Of a stretch of DNA of 64,000 nucleotides, positions 1 to 7,993 are shown in pieces; within the stretch, counting starts at the first letter, position 1; the number at the start of each line of letters is the position of its first letter. A program made the translations under genes and the position numbers. This DNA comes from a candidate division FCPU426 bacterium. Its GTDB lineage: Bacteria; Oederibacteriota; Muellerivitia; Muellerivitales; Muellerivitaceae. The notes beneath the pieces were generated by a model. The model saw only the letters and a list, made by a program, of their open reading frames with translations, did no database searches and had not been told where the DNA came from. The stretch lies in assembly GCA_963796105.1 (NCBI GenBank), contig CAWCKJ010000003.1, positions 192,001 to 256,000 of the forward strand, read 5' to 3'.

Positions 1-2
1 CT

Positions 3-374
3 CAAGGCGAGATAGTCGAATGTGGGGCTTACACTTATGGAAAAATATATTTATACCCGTGTTGTAATTGTACGATTAGATTTTTAACACAAGTTTTCTT
101 GCACGAACTTCATCACGCTTGGGTTCATCAATATCATCCAGACATTCACTCCAAAGAAAAAGATAGTAAACAAGCTGAATTTTTTGCTGATGCTGGATTT
201 AAAGTATTGGGTGGAAAAATTCGGCCAAAAAATGTTTGCGGAAGTTATGAATTAAACATCCAAGATGCATTAAAGCGTATCGACAAATTCTTGGAGTTTT
301 CAAAATCTCTTACTAGGCGGAATAGTAAAGACGTTTTAAAATGGAGCCATAGGAATAAGTCGGCTTTTGCTTGA
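3..374 (+). CDS. 5'-truncated ORF with HExxH zinc-metallopeptidase-like motif
   Basis: Frame is open from the window edge (QGEIVECGAYTYGKIYLYPCC...VFLHELHHAWVHQ) to TGA at 374; HELHH motif with a downstream E (KQAEFFA). Confidence 0.55.
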   Translation, partial: QGEIVECGAYTYGKIYLYPCCNCTIRFLTQVFLHELHHAWVHQYHPDIHSKEKDSKQAEFFADAGFKVLGGKIRPKNVCGSYELNIQDALKRIDKFLEFSKSLTRRNSKDVLKWSHRNKSAFA

Positions 375-733
375 GAACTCTATTTATTGTTCAGTTTAGG
401 CTATTGACGGGACTTAAAATAGAACCTTGAAAGTTCACCTTTTAATCAGTGTGGGCCGCCTTTCTTGTGTTTTTAACGATTAATTTTTCCTGCGAAGCAT
501 CAACCTCTTACTGAAAATCCTGATTATTTTCGAAAATTTACAATTTAAAACTTAAAATTACATTGTTATCGGTCTCTCCTGCCCATATATCCAGGAACCT
601 TAACCCAGGGGGTGCACACCAACCCAATATTGGGATCTCTCAACCCAGTTTCAGAGGGATAAACCGCCCACATTTTCGTCGTCCAGGGTAGGTTTCCGTC
701 GTACGTTGAAGTGGTTTCTATTGGGCGTTAGGG

Positions 734-821
734 AGTAAGTCGGGCAGTAAGCCAGTAAGTCGGGTGGTAAGCCGGTAAGTCGGGCGGTAAGCTGGTAAGT
801 CGGCCGGTAAGCCGGTAAGTC
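734..821. repeat. Tandem repeat block A, 20-bp unit RGTAAGTCGGGCGGTAAGCC, about 4.4 copies
   Basis: Units start at 734, 754, 774, 794, with a partial unit at 814. Confidence 0.9.
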
Positions 822-846
822 TCAGGAACTCTGGAATCAGGGGCAT

Positions 847-1130
847 CAACCCAGTTCCAAAGCCGGGAACCAGTTCTGCAGAGGCCCACAACCCAGTTCC
901 AAAGCCGGGAAACAGTTCTACGGAGGCCTGTAACCTAGTTCCAAAGCCGGGAAGCAGTTCTACGGAGGTCCGCAACCCAGTTCCAAAGCCGGGAACTAGT
1001 TCCACGGAGGCCCCCAACCCAGTTCCAGAGCCGGGAACCAGTTCCGCGGAGGTCCGCAACCCAGTTCCAAAGCAGGGTACCAGATCCCCGGAGACCCACA
1101 ACCCAGTTCCAAAGCCAGGAACCAGTTCCA
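847..1130. repeat. Tandem repeat block B, 42-bp unit (CAACCCAGTTCCAAAGCCGGGAACCAGTTCYRCGGAGGYCNN), 7 copies (last one partial)
   Basis: Units start at 847, 889, 931, 973, 1015, 1057, 1099 (exact 42-bp period); internal GTTCC...GGAAC inverted repeat in most units. Confidence 0.92.
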
Positions 1131-1173
1131 GAGTTCCGGGGTTTTCGGATTCTCGAGTTCCCATGCTTCCGGG

Positions 1174-1293
1174 CTAGTTCTCGGGTTCTCGGATAGTTCT
1201 TGGGTTCCCGGTTAGTTCTCGGGTTCTCGGCTAGTTCTCGGGTTCTCGGCTAGTTCTCGGGTTCTCGGCTAGTTCTCGGGTTCTCGGCTAGTT
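1174..1293. repeat. Tandem repeat block C, 19-bp unit CTAGTTCTCGGGTTCTCGG, 6 copies
   Basis: Units at 1174, 1193, 1212, 1231, 1250, 1269; the last three are identical. Confidence 0.92.
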
Positions 1294-1300
1294 GGAGGCT

Positions 1301-1545
1301 CAACCCAGTACAACCCAGTATGGGTGGGCTCTACCCAGTATGGGAGGCGGCAACCCAGTACAACCTAGTATGGGGTGGTTCAACCCAGTATTGGAGGCTA
1401 GCAACCCAGTACAACCCAGTATGAGAGGGCTCAACCCAGTATTGGAGGCTGGCAACCCAGTACAACCCAGTATTTGGAAAACCCTCAACCCAGTATTGGA
1501 GGCCCCAACCCAGTACAACCCAGTATGAGAGGGCTCAAACCAGAG
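1301..1545. repeat. Repeat block D: 10-bp core CAACCCAGTA x14 in a higher-order unit of about 51 bp
   Basis: Cores with at most 1 mismatch at 1301, 1311, 1331, 1351, 1361, 1381, 1402, 1412, 1432, 1453, 1463, 1486, 1506, 1516; degenerate copy at 1536. Confidence 0.92.
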
Positions 1546-1575
1546 AGAAACAGGGGTCAGGCCATCATTCATCAC

Positions 1576-1603
1576 TTTACAAATAGTGTGAGTTGTTTAC
1601 AAT
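1576..1603 (+). promoter_or_regulatory. Putative sigma70 promoter for the transposase (likely leaderless mRNA)
   Basis: TTTACA (1576-1581), 16-bp spacer, TACAAT (1598-1603); ATG at 1610 with no Shine-Dalgarno. Confidence 0.5.
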
Positions 1604-1609
1604 GCCCTA

Positions 1610-2548
1610 ATGCCAAGGCCTAAACGGATCCATTATGAAGGGGCGGTTTACCATGTAACCTCGCGCGGTAATGAACGGCGAAAGATTGTTATGAATGACG
1701 CCGACCGCTGGATGTTTATTCGGTTATTGGGGGAAATGGTTGAAGAGAATGGTGTGTTATGTCACGCTTGGGTATTGATGGATAATCATTACCATTTGAT
1801 GCTGGAAACCCCAAGCGCGAATTTATCAACAGCCATGAAACATTTAAACGCCCAATACACACAAAAATTCAATAAAAAGCATTATCGGAATGGGCATTTG
1901 TTCCAGGGGCGGTATAAGGCCATTATTGTGGAGAAGGACAGTTATTTAAAGGAATTAAGCCGGTATGTGGTATTGAATCCGGTAAGGGCCCGGATGGTAA
2001 AACACCCCAAAGACTGGAAGTGGAGTAGTTACCGGGCGACAGCGGGATTTGATAGGGCGGAAAAATGGCTGGAAGTGGACTGGTTATTAGGGCAGTTTGG
2101 AAAGGAAAGAAAAAAGGCGCAAAAATCATACAGGACTTTTGTGGAAGAGGGGATGGGGAAGAAAGAAAAGCCTTGGGATGATTTGTATTCGCGTATATAC
2201 CTGGGTGGTAAGGAGTTTTTGGAAAAAGTCCACGAAGTAGGGCAACGTCACAAACATTTGGATGTACCGAAATATCAGAAACACGTGGTAAAGCAAGATC
2301 CGAAAGAAGTGCTGGAGAAAGTAGGAAGAATGTATGGTGAAAAAGCGGAGGAAATATTGAGGGCAGGCAAAAGGGAGTCGGAAGCCCGGGATATGGCGAT
2401 ATATTTATTAAAGAGAAAATCAGGAATGAGTTCCAAGGCGATAGGAATGAAGATGGGGGTGGGGGAAAGCGCGGTGGGAAACCGATTGATGAAGATCAAA
2501 AAAAAGTTGGCGGAAGACAAAAAGTTTGCGCAAAAGCTGATAAAGTGA
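1610..2548 (+). CDS. REP-associated tyrosine transposase (Y1/HUH, IS200 superfamily) with C-terminal DnaA_C-like HTH
   Basis: MPRPKRI..YHVTSRGN N-terminus, HUH motif (MDNHYHL), LFQGRYKA, catalytic Y in RYVVLNPVRA, WKWSSY; C-terminal EARDMAIYLLKRKSGMSSKAIG. Confidence 0.9.
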   Translation: MPRPKRIHYEGAVYHVTSRGNERRKIVMNDADRWMFIRLLGEMVEENGVLCHAWVLMDNHYHLMLETPSANLSTAMKHLNAQYTQKFNKKHYRNGHLFQGRYKAIIVEKDSYLKELSRYVVLNPVRARMVKHPKDWKWSSYRATAGFDRAEKWLEVDWLLGQFGKERKKAQKSYRTFVEEGMGKKEKPWDDLYSRIYLGGKEFLEKVHEVGQRHKHLDVPKYQKHVVKQDPKEVLEKVGRMYGEKAEEILRAGKRESEARDMAIYLLKRKSGMSSKAIGMKMGVGESAVGNRLMKIKKKLAEDKKFAQKLIK

Positions 2549-2691
2549 TGAATGATGGCCTGACCCCTATGTTTACTCATCGACCATTAAAGCTTTGCCC
2601 TTTCCCTTTACAAATCATAACTTACTTCCATTTTCTAATTTTAGAACTTCTCTAAAAACCGTGAACTGTCAAACATCTTTGGAGGATTTGA

Positions 2692-3747
2692 ATGAAAAAA
2701 GAAAAAAGTGTTCGTTTAATAATTAATTTTGCTTTGTCGGTTTTAGTTTTGATGTACTCATTTATTATTAGTCATGCCGCTTCCGACTCGATCAGCTTTA
2801 CCAAAAAAGAAATCGCGTTTTTCAAATGGGGAGATGGTGAAAAAGAAATTAAATTGAACAAAATTACACATAAAACGATCGATAGAAGCAAGGGTGTGAC
2901 CCAAACATCCGAAGATTTCTTATGGCCAAGTGCCATTGTAGTTGATGGCAACGACAGTATTTATTTAAATGGTGGTAATGGACAAATTTTTATTATTTCA
3001 TCGGATGGTAGTTCGATTAAGACGGTTAGCGCGAAAAAAACTGGCGGTTTAGTGGAAGTCGATGGAGATGGGAATATATATGGTACGTATAGCAAAAAAG
3101 GTGAACCCTTGGGATTTATCCGCACCAAGCCTGATGGGACACAAGAAGTTTATAAGAATTTTGATCTAGGATATGTGGAAAATGAGATCGCCTATCCTAT
3201 AAGCAATAAAGCGATGAGCGGAAATCAACCCATAACCTTTTCTAATATAGGCGACAAGGCGGAAAAACTTCCACCACATTTATTATCTCGCGATGGAGAA
3301 GTTGATTTAGGAAAATTAATGGACGGTAAATCTTTCGTAATTCACACAAGAAAAATTAATAAGCACTTAAAAAAAATAAATCGAAGGATCGATGCCGATA
3401 AAATCTTGATTGAAGTCGAAGAGAAAGACGGCATGCCACCCCGACCGCAATTTCTGGGGATCGACGACAATGGGAATTCTTATTTTCTTTGTGGTTATCA
3501 TGGAGGGTGGAATAGCTTAGTGCCTTGGAAAGAAACGTACATAATGGCTTATTCACAGACGGGTCAGAAACTCGCCGAAATTCCAATTGATCCCGATTAT
3601 TTTGACAAGCACGTGGGTTTGGCTGAATGCCGGATAGATATTCATGGGAATCTGTTTCAAAGTTGGGCGTCCAAGGATGGAGTACATATTTTTAAATGGA
3701 CAAAAATCAAAAATGAAGCAAATGCTTCGGAGGGATTAATCGCATGA
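2692..3747 (+). CDS. Secreted protein, possible beta-propeller; paralog 1 of a tandem pair
   Basis: GGAGG RBS, signal peptide (...IISHAA), repeated VDGND/VDGDGNIY/IDDNGNSY/IDIHGNLF blade-like motifs. Confidence 0.75.
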   Translation: MKKEKSVRLIINFALSVLVLMYSFIISHAASDSISFTKKEIAFFKWGDGEKEIKLNKITHKTIDRSKGVTQTSEDFLWPSAIVVDGNDSIYLNGGNGQIFIISSDGSSIKTVSAKKTGGLVEVDGDGNIYGTYSKKGEPLGFIRTKPDGTQEVYKNFDLGYVENEIAYPISNKAMSGNQPITFSNIGDKAEKLPPHLLSRDGEVDLGKLMDGKSFVIHTRKINKHLKKINRRIDADKILIEVEEKDGMPPRPQFLGIDDNGNSYFLCGYHGGWNSLVPWKETYIMAYSQTGQKLAEIPIDPDYFDKHVGLAECRIDIHGNLFQSWASKDGVHIFKWTKIKNEANASEGLIA

Positions 3748-4736
3748 GAATAAAATTTTTACAATTGAATTTGACCTTGCTGGTTGTGACTTTTGTTTTT
3801 CATTCCGTCCTCGCCCAATCGAATTCACCCATTAGTTTCACCAAAAAAGAAATTGCGTTTTTAAAATGGGGTGACGGTAGAAATGAAGTGAAGTTGAACA
3901 AAACTAAACATAAGTTGATCGATAGAAGTAAAGGCGTAACAGAAACAAAAGAATTTGTTTCTTGGACGCGGGATATAAAAATTGACGGTAATGACAACAT
4001 TTATTTCCGTGGCGGAAATGACAAGATTTTTATTGTTTCCTCAGATGGAAGTTCGATTAAAACGATCAGCGCGAAAAAGACGGGTGGATTAATGGATGTT
4101 GATGATGACGGTGATATTTTTGCCCCTTACCACAAAATAGGCGAACCAGAGGGTTTTATACGCACCAAGCCTGATGGAACGCAAGAAGATTTCAAACATT
4201 TCAGTGCAAACTATATGGAAAACGGTATTGCTTATGACATAAATAAAAATAAGGCGATAACCATAGCCGACAAAGGCGACCAGCCTGAGAAACTCCCACC
4301 GCGTTTGTTCTCTCGTGTGGGTGAAGTCGATTATGGAATAAATGCCGGGGGTGAATTGTGCACGATTTACACGAAAAAAATTAATAAACATTTGAAAAAA
4401 ATAAATCAAAAGATTGATGCGGATAAAATCCATATAAAGGTCGAAGAAAAAGACGGCATGCCACCTCGATCACAATTTCTTGGGATTGACGACAATGGCA
4501 ATTCTTATTTTTTGTGCGGTTATTATGGAGGACGGAATAGCTCAGTGCCTTGGAAAGAAACATATGTCATGGTTTATTCCCAGACTGGCCAAAAACTCAC
4601 CGAAATACCGGTTGATACCGATTATTTTGACAAACAATTGGTTTGGACTGAATTCAAGATAGATATTCACGGGATGCTGTTTCAAATGTGGACATCCGAG
4701 GATGGGATACATATTTTTAAATGGACAAAAAATTAG
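3744..4736 (+). CDS. Secreted protein, possible beta-propeller; paralog 2 of a tandem pair
   Basis: ATGA overlap with the upstream gene; signal peptide (...HSVLA); long near-identical blocks with paralog 1 (ISFTKKEIAF, FIRTKPDGTQE, VEEKDGMPPR, QFLGIDDNGNSYFLCGY). Confidence 0.75.
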   Translation: MRIKFLQLNLTLLVVTFVFHSVLAQSNSPISFTKKEIAFLKWGDGRNEVKLNKTKHKLIDRSKGVTETKEFVSWTRDIKIDGNDNIYFRGGNDKIFIVSSDGSSIKTISAKKTGGLMDVDDDGDIFAPYHKIGEPEGFIRTKPDGTQEDFKHFSANYMENGIAYDINKNKAITIADKGDQPEKLPPRLFSRVGEVDYGINAGGELCTIYTKKINKHLKKINQKIDADKIHIKVEEKDGMPPRSQFLGIDDNGNSYFLCGYYGGRNSSVPWKETYVMVYSQTGQKLTEIPVDTDYFDKQLVWTEFKIDIHGMLFQMWTSEDGIHIFKWTKN

Positions 4737-5089
4737 GTTTTTATTTAATCGCGATTTTCTTTTGGCTGAAGAGTTCGATTGCTTATCCACAATCGGGCCT
4801 GCCAACGCCTGTTGCCGCTGCTTCTGTTTACGTCACACTCAGCACCAATTTTAATGTGAGTGCTAAGACTGGTTCTGTTCCGATTATTGATTTATTAACC
4901 AATGCTTATAATGATAGCCCTAATGTAACTCTTTTGGACCCTCCCCCACCTTTTGATCTGAACGCTTATCTGAAAGCCAACCCTGGCGTCCCATCATTCC
5001 CGGTGATCGTCCAAATGCCTTTAGAAACTTATGTCAAGGGGGTAGTGTCACAGGAAATAGGAGTACCTCAAACGGGGATAATCCAGTAA
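4721..5089 (+). pseudogene. Probably truncated secreted SpoIID/LytB-like protein
   Basis: Signal peptide, then MPLETYVKGVVSQEIG resembling the SpoIID LEeYlkGVvpaEm motif; the ORF stops 8 codons later. Confidence 0.45.
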
Positions 5090-5364
5090 CAGATGGGATA
5101 TTCCAATCACAAACTGAGATATTCCAGTCTCAAACGCCGATATGCCAGCCGGGTTACCTGCTGGCAGGCGCTGGCATCCTTGCTGGCAGAAGCTTGTACC
5201 CTTGCTGGCATAAGGCTGGGGCCCTGCCCGCAGGTGTTTGGGTCCTCGGTGTTTACTAAATTCCATGAATCCCCCATATTCTGCAGCCAAGTGCTATTTT
5301 AGCTAGGTGTGCTTCAAAATAAGTTTTCAGCGGTACCCTGAAGCAGGAAAAGGCAGGTGAAATC

Positions 5365-5778
5365 ATGAAATTTCTGACAGAACACCTATGGTTCAATACC
5401 AAGAAGCACCGGGAATACATCAACATCACCCCGGATGTGGAAAAGGCCGTAAGGAAAAGCGGCATAAAAGAGGGCATGGTGCTGGTATCCGCCATGCATA
5501 TTACCGCGGGGGTTTACGTGAATGACGCGGAGGACGGGCTGATCGAGGATATCGATGAGTGGCTTGAAAAGCTGGCCCCCTTCCGCCAGGATTACCGGCA
5601 CCACCGGACCGGTGAAACCAACGGGGATTCGCACTTGAAGAGCATGCTTGTCCACCACCAGGTGATCGTGCCGGTGACGGATGGAAAATTGGATTTTGGG
5701 CCCTGGCAGCAGGTTTATTACGCCGAGTTTGATGGGCAGAGGAAGAAGAGATTGATCATCAAAGTGATGGGGGAATAA
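5365..5778 (+). CDS. yjbQ: YjbQ/UPF0047 family protein
   Basis: [42 protein letters not shown] motifs. Confidence 0.9.
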   Translation: MKFLTEHLWFNTKKHREYINITPDVEKAVRKSGIKEGMVLVSAMHITAGVYVNDAEDGLIEDIDEWLEKLAPFRQDYRHHRTGETNGDSHLKSMLVHHQVIVPVTDGKLDFGPWQQVYYAEFDGQRKKRLIIKVMGE

Positions 5779-5870
5779 ACGTTTAAAAAAGCTTTCACCA
5801 CAGGTCCCCTTGGGACCACAGGGGCACAAGAAGGAACAAACCAATAAAACGTCTCACGTTACAGTTTTTA

Positions 5871-6095
5871 GCCACAGATTCATGGGATTTAAAGAAATTT
5901 CAGATCGTGACAAAGGCTTTGCCTTTGCGCCCGTCGGGCGATATGGCCAAGTCCACGGGCCTCGGAAAAATAGATTTTCCCGGAGGCCGACGGCATTGGC
6001 CATCTAACGCGATCATTAGTTTTTTTTCAGTATTTATTATCCGTCTTTCATTCTGCTGATTTGTATTTATCCCCTGCATCTCCTGAATCTGTGGC
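5871..6095. repeat. Intergenic MITE/REP-like element with 12-bp terminal inverted repeats
   Basis: GCCACAGATTCA (5871-5882) is the reverse complement of TGAATCTGTGGC (6084-6095). Confidence 0.5.
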
Positions 6096-6138
6096 AAAAG
6101 ATTTGGTCTTTATTGGTCAATTTTGAATGGAGGTTTAA

Positions 6139-6435
6139 TTGGAATCATCGAAGCCGGAATTTGAGAAATACATATTCGTCTGCGTCAATGAAAGGCCCTC
6201 GGGAGAGCGGGTTTCCTGTGGGGGCTCGGGTTGCGGCAAGGAATTGGCCGCCCGGCTCAAGGACGAAGTGAAAAAGGCCGGGTGTGCCGGCAAAATCCGG
6301 GTCTCGAAATCCCAATGCCTGGATGTCTGCGAGGAGGGGCCGAACGTCCTTCTGTATCCAGATAATACCTGGTTTAAAAATGTGGATCTGGACGATATCC
6401 CCGCCATCCTTGCAAAAGCGGGAATCCAGCCCTAA
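6139..6435 (+). CDS. Thioredoxin-like [2Fe-2S] ferredoxin
   Basis: IFVCVNER...SCGG, KSQCLDVCEEGP, YPDNTWF pattern; GGAGG RBS before TTG. Confidence 0.88.
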   Translation: MESSKPEFEKYIFVCVNERPSGERVSCGGSGCGKELAARLKDEVKKAGCAGKIRVSKSQCLDVCEEGPNVLLYPDNTWFKNVDLDDIPAILAKAGIQP

Positions 6436-6468
6436 AGTAGTCCTGTTGATTGGAATTTTATGGAAAGT

Positions 6469-6811
6469 GGGGGTGACCGGTTTCGACTGGGGAACTGAAC
6501 TTTTGGATGCGTGTCGAGGCGCCATCGCTCGTCAAACATGGCAACGGTTTAACTGCCGACAATCAGTTAGCTCTCGCCGCTTAAAGCGGCTAGCGTTTTA
6601 CCCTTGATGCCTATTAGGGGGATAGAACGTAAGCAGTAGGCTGGTCCGGATCAGGGTTGCTCCACCGATGGACGGACGAGAACCAATGGGGCTGGCTCTC
6701 CGCCGGCCGCTCGGGAGCGAGCGGGGGGCGAGACTCTTTCCTGAGCTACGCACGTAGTATCCATAACGGAGGTTTTTCAGGACGTGGGTTCGATTCCCAC
6801 CACCTCCACCA
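6469..6811 (+). ncRNA. ssrA: tmRNA; tag peptide ADNQLALAA encoded at 6555-6584
   Basis: 5' GGGGGTGACCGGTTTCGAC; 3' GTGGGTTCGATTCCCACCACCTCCACCA with the acceptor stem pairing; internal GCC GAC AAT CAG TTA GCT CTC GCC GCT TAA. Confidence 0.95.
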
Positions 6812-6944
6812 TTTTAAAAATAAAGATTTGAACCCTCGGAATGCACTGCCATTCGTTGCGGTGCGAATGGCTCGGGAAAACAGGCGTTTTCCCGGCTGTT
6901 CAGAGGGGTACACAGGGGGTTTTTCCCATGTGAGCGCGGAGCGC

Positions 6945-6974
6945 GGGTTCTATTCCCACCACCTCCACCATTTT
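6945..6974 (+). repeat. Direct repeat of the tmRNA 3' end (att-like)
   Basis: GGGTTCTATTCCCACCACCTCCACCATTTT matches 6786-6815 at 29 of 30 positions. Confidence 0.85.
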
Positions 6975-7026
6975 TGCCCGCCATAATTATTATGACGCCG
7001 TTTCAAACCTTCCAGCAGGATTTTAA

Positions 7027-7875
7027 ATGGGAAATTATTTTTTTATAACTAAAAGATTTGTGTTCCTCTTTTTTCTATTGGCCGTTGGGAAGGCTTTTTC
7101 GGATGATCTCATTAGTGCAGGATATGGCCTTCCGTCTTATTCCAAAAAAGAACTTCAGGCCGCCTTGGCAAAAATACCCCCTCAGGCCAAGAAAATAATC
7201 GAAAAAGCCGTTGCACCTGGATCTCTCGAAAAGCTGGAATGGATTGAGAAGGTTCTCCACGGGAGTCAGGCGATCCTAGCCCGGGTAACGAAAATCCGCG
7301 ATCCTGATGAGGACGCGGCGGTGGGTGATGCTTACGTCTATTTCCTGATCGAAATAACCAAGGGAAAATCCTTTCTGTGGAAATGGCCCAACAAAGAGCA
7401 GTCAAGGTTTTTAAAATGGCCGACCAATTGGTATCCCAAGGAATCCTTCATGGTACCGTTTTACGGTTTTGTGGAAGACGCCGCTTTCAACGACCATCAT
7501 CTTGATTTTTACATCAATTTCGACAGGAACAACCAAACGGCAAAAAGATACTATTTCCGGTTTATTCCAGGAAAGGGGGTTTACCTTGTTCTGGCTTGTC
7601 CCGAAGTCATGGAGGAACCGATGCGGGAAAATGAAGTCATTTTGAAAAAACGGAACATTTATGAAAGTAATTCCGAAATCATTCCCGAGGAGACCGGTCG
7701 GTTAAGGGTGGTGACCCAGACCGAGGAGGGGACTCTTTCACTTGATCCTGATCCCCAAAAAGCCGCTGCCCAATCCATCAAACACGTCACTAAGCAAACT
7801 TCAGAATATCGGTGGGCTGAAACTAAGCAAATGTATGAGTTGGCGGGGACGCCTGTCACTCAAACGAGCCAATGA
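7027..7875 (+). CDS. Hypothetical secreted protein
   Basis: 282-aa ORF, AGGA RBS, signal peptide (FVFLFFLLAVGKAFS); no family recognised. Confidence 0.7.
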   Translation: MGNYFFITKRFVFLFFLLAVGKAFSDDLISAGYGLPSYSKKELQAALAKIPPQAKKIIEKAVAPGSLEKLEWIEKVLHGSQAILARVTKIRDPDEDAAVGDAYVYFLIEITKGKSFLWKWPNKEQSRFLKWPTNWYPKESFMVPFYGFVEDAAFNDHHLDFYINFDRNNQTAKRYYFRFIPGKGVYLVLACPEVMEEPMRENEVILKKRNIYESNSEIIPEETGRLRVVTQTEEGTLSLDPDPQKAAAQSIKHVTKQTSEYRWAETKQMYELAGTPVTQTSQ

Positions 7876-7993
7876 TCCATACCTATTTTTATTAACGGCC
7901 AAAATATAAAACCCGCTTCATGCCTTGCTTTCCTTGAAAACCCATCCCTAGTATTACCCCGCATGGAAGTTATAAAAGATAAGGGGGGGTGTA

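Larger units (their letters stand above)
1552..2568. mobile_element. HUH/RAYT-type element bounded by perfect 28-bp inverted repeats
   Basis: 1552-1579 AGGGGTCAGGCCATCATTCATCACTTTA is the exact reverse complement of 2541-2568; the pair encloses only the transposase gene. Confidence 0.85.

Noticed and set aside
847..1545. CRISPR array
   Set aside because: No unique spacers of about 30-40 nt; whole units repeat in tandem, and there are no cas genes in the window.
718..1575. ORFs 718-1164(-), 1292-1528(+) and 1300-1575(-) as real repeat proteins
   Set aside because: They stay open because some repeat periods are multiples of 3. Neighbouring blocks (19 and 20 bp) are not, there is no convincing RBS, and two of the ORFs overlap on opposite strands. 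Not fully excluded.
1610..2548. Classical IS200/IS605 element with tnpB
   Set aside because: No TnpB/RuvC gene is adjacent; the protein is 312 aa with RAYT-type motifs and a C-terminal HTH.
6284..6986. ORFs 6284-6607 and 6657-6986
   Set aside because: They overlap the tmRNA gene and show no protein-like features.
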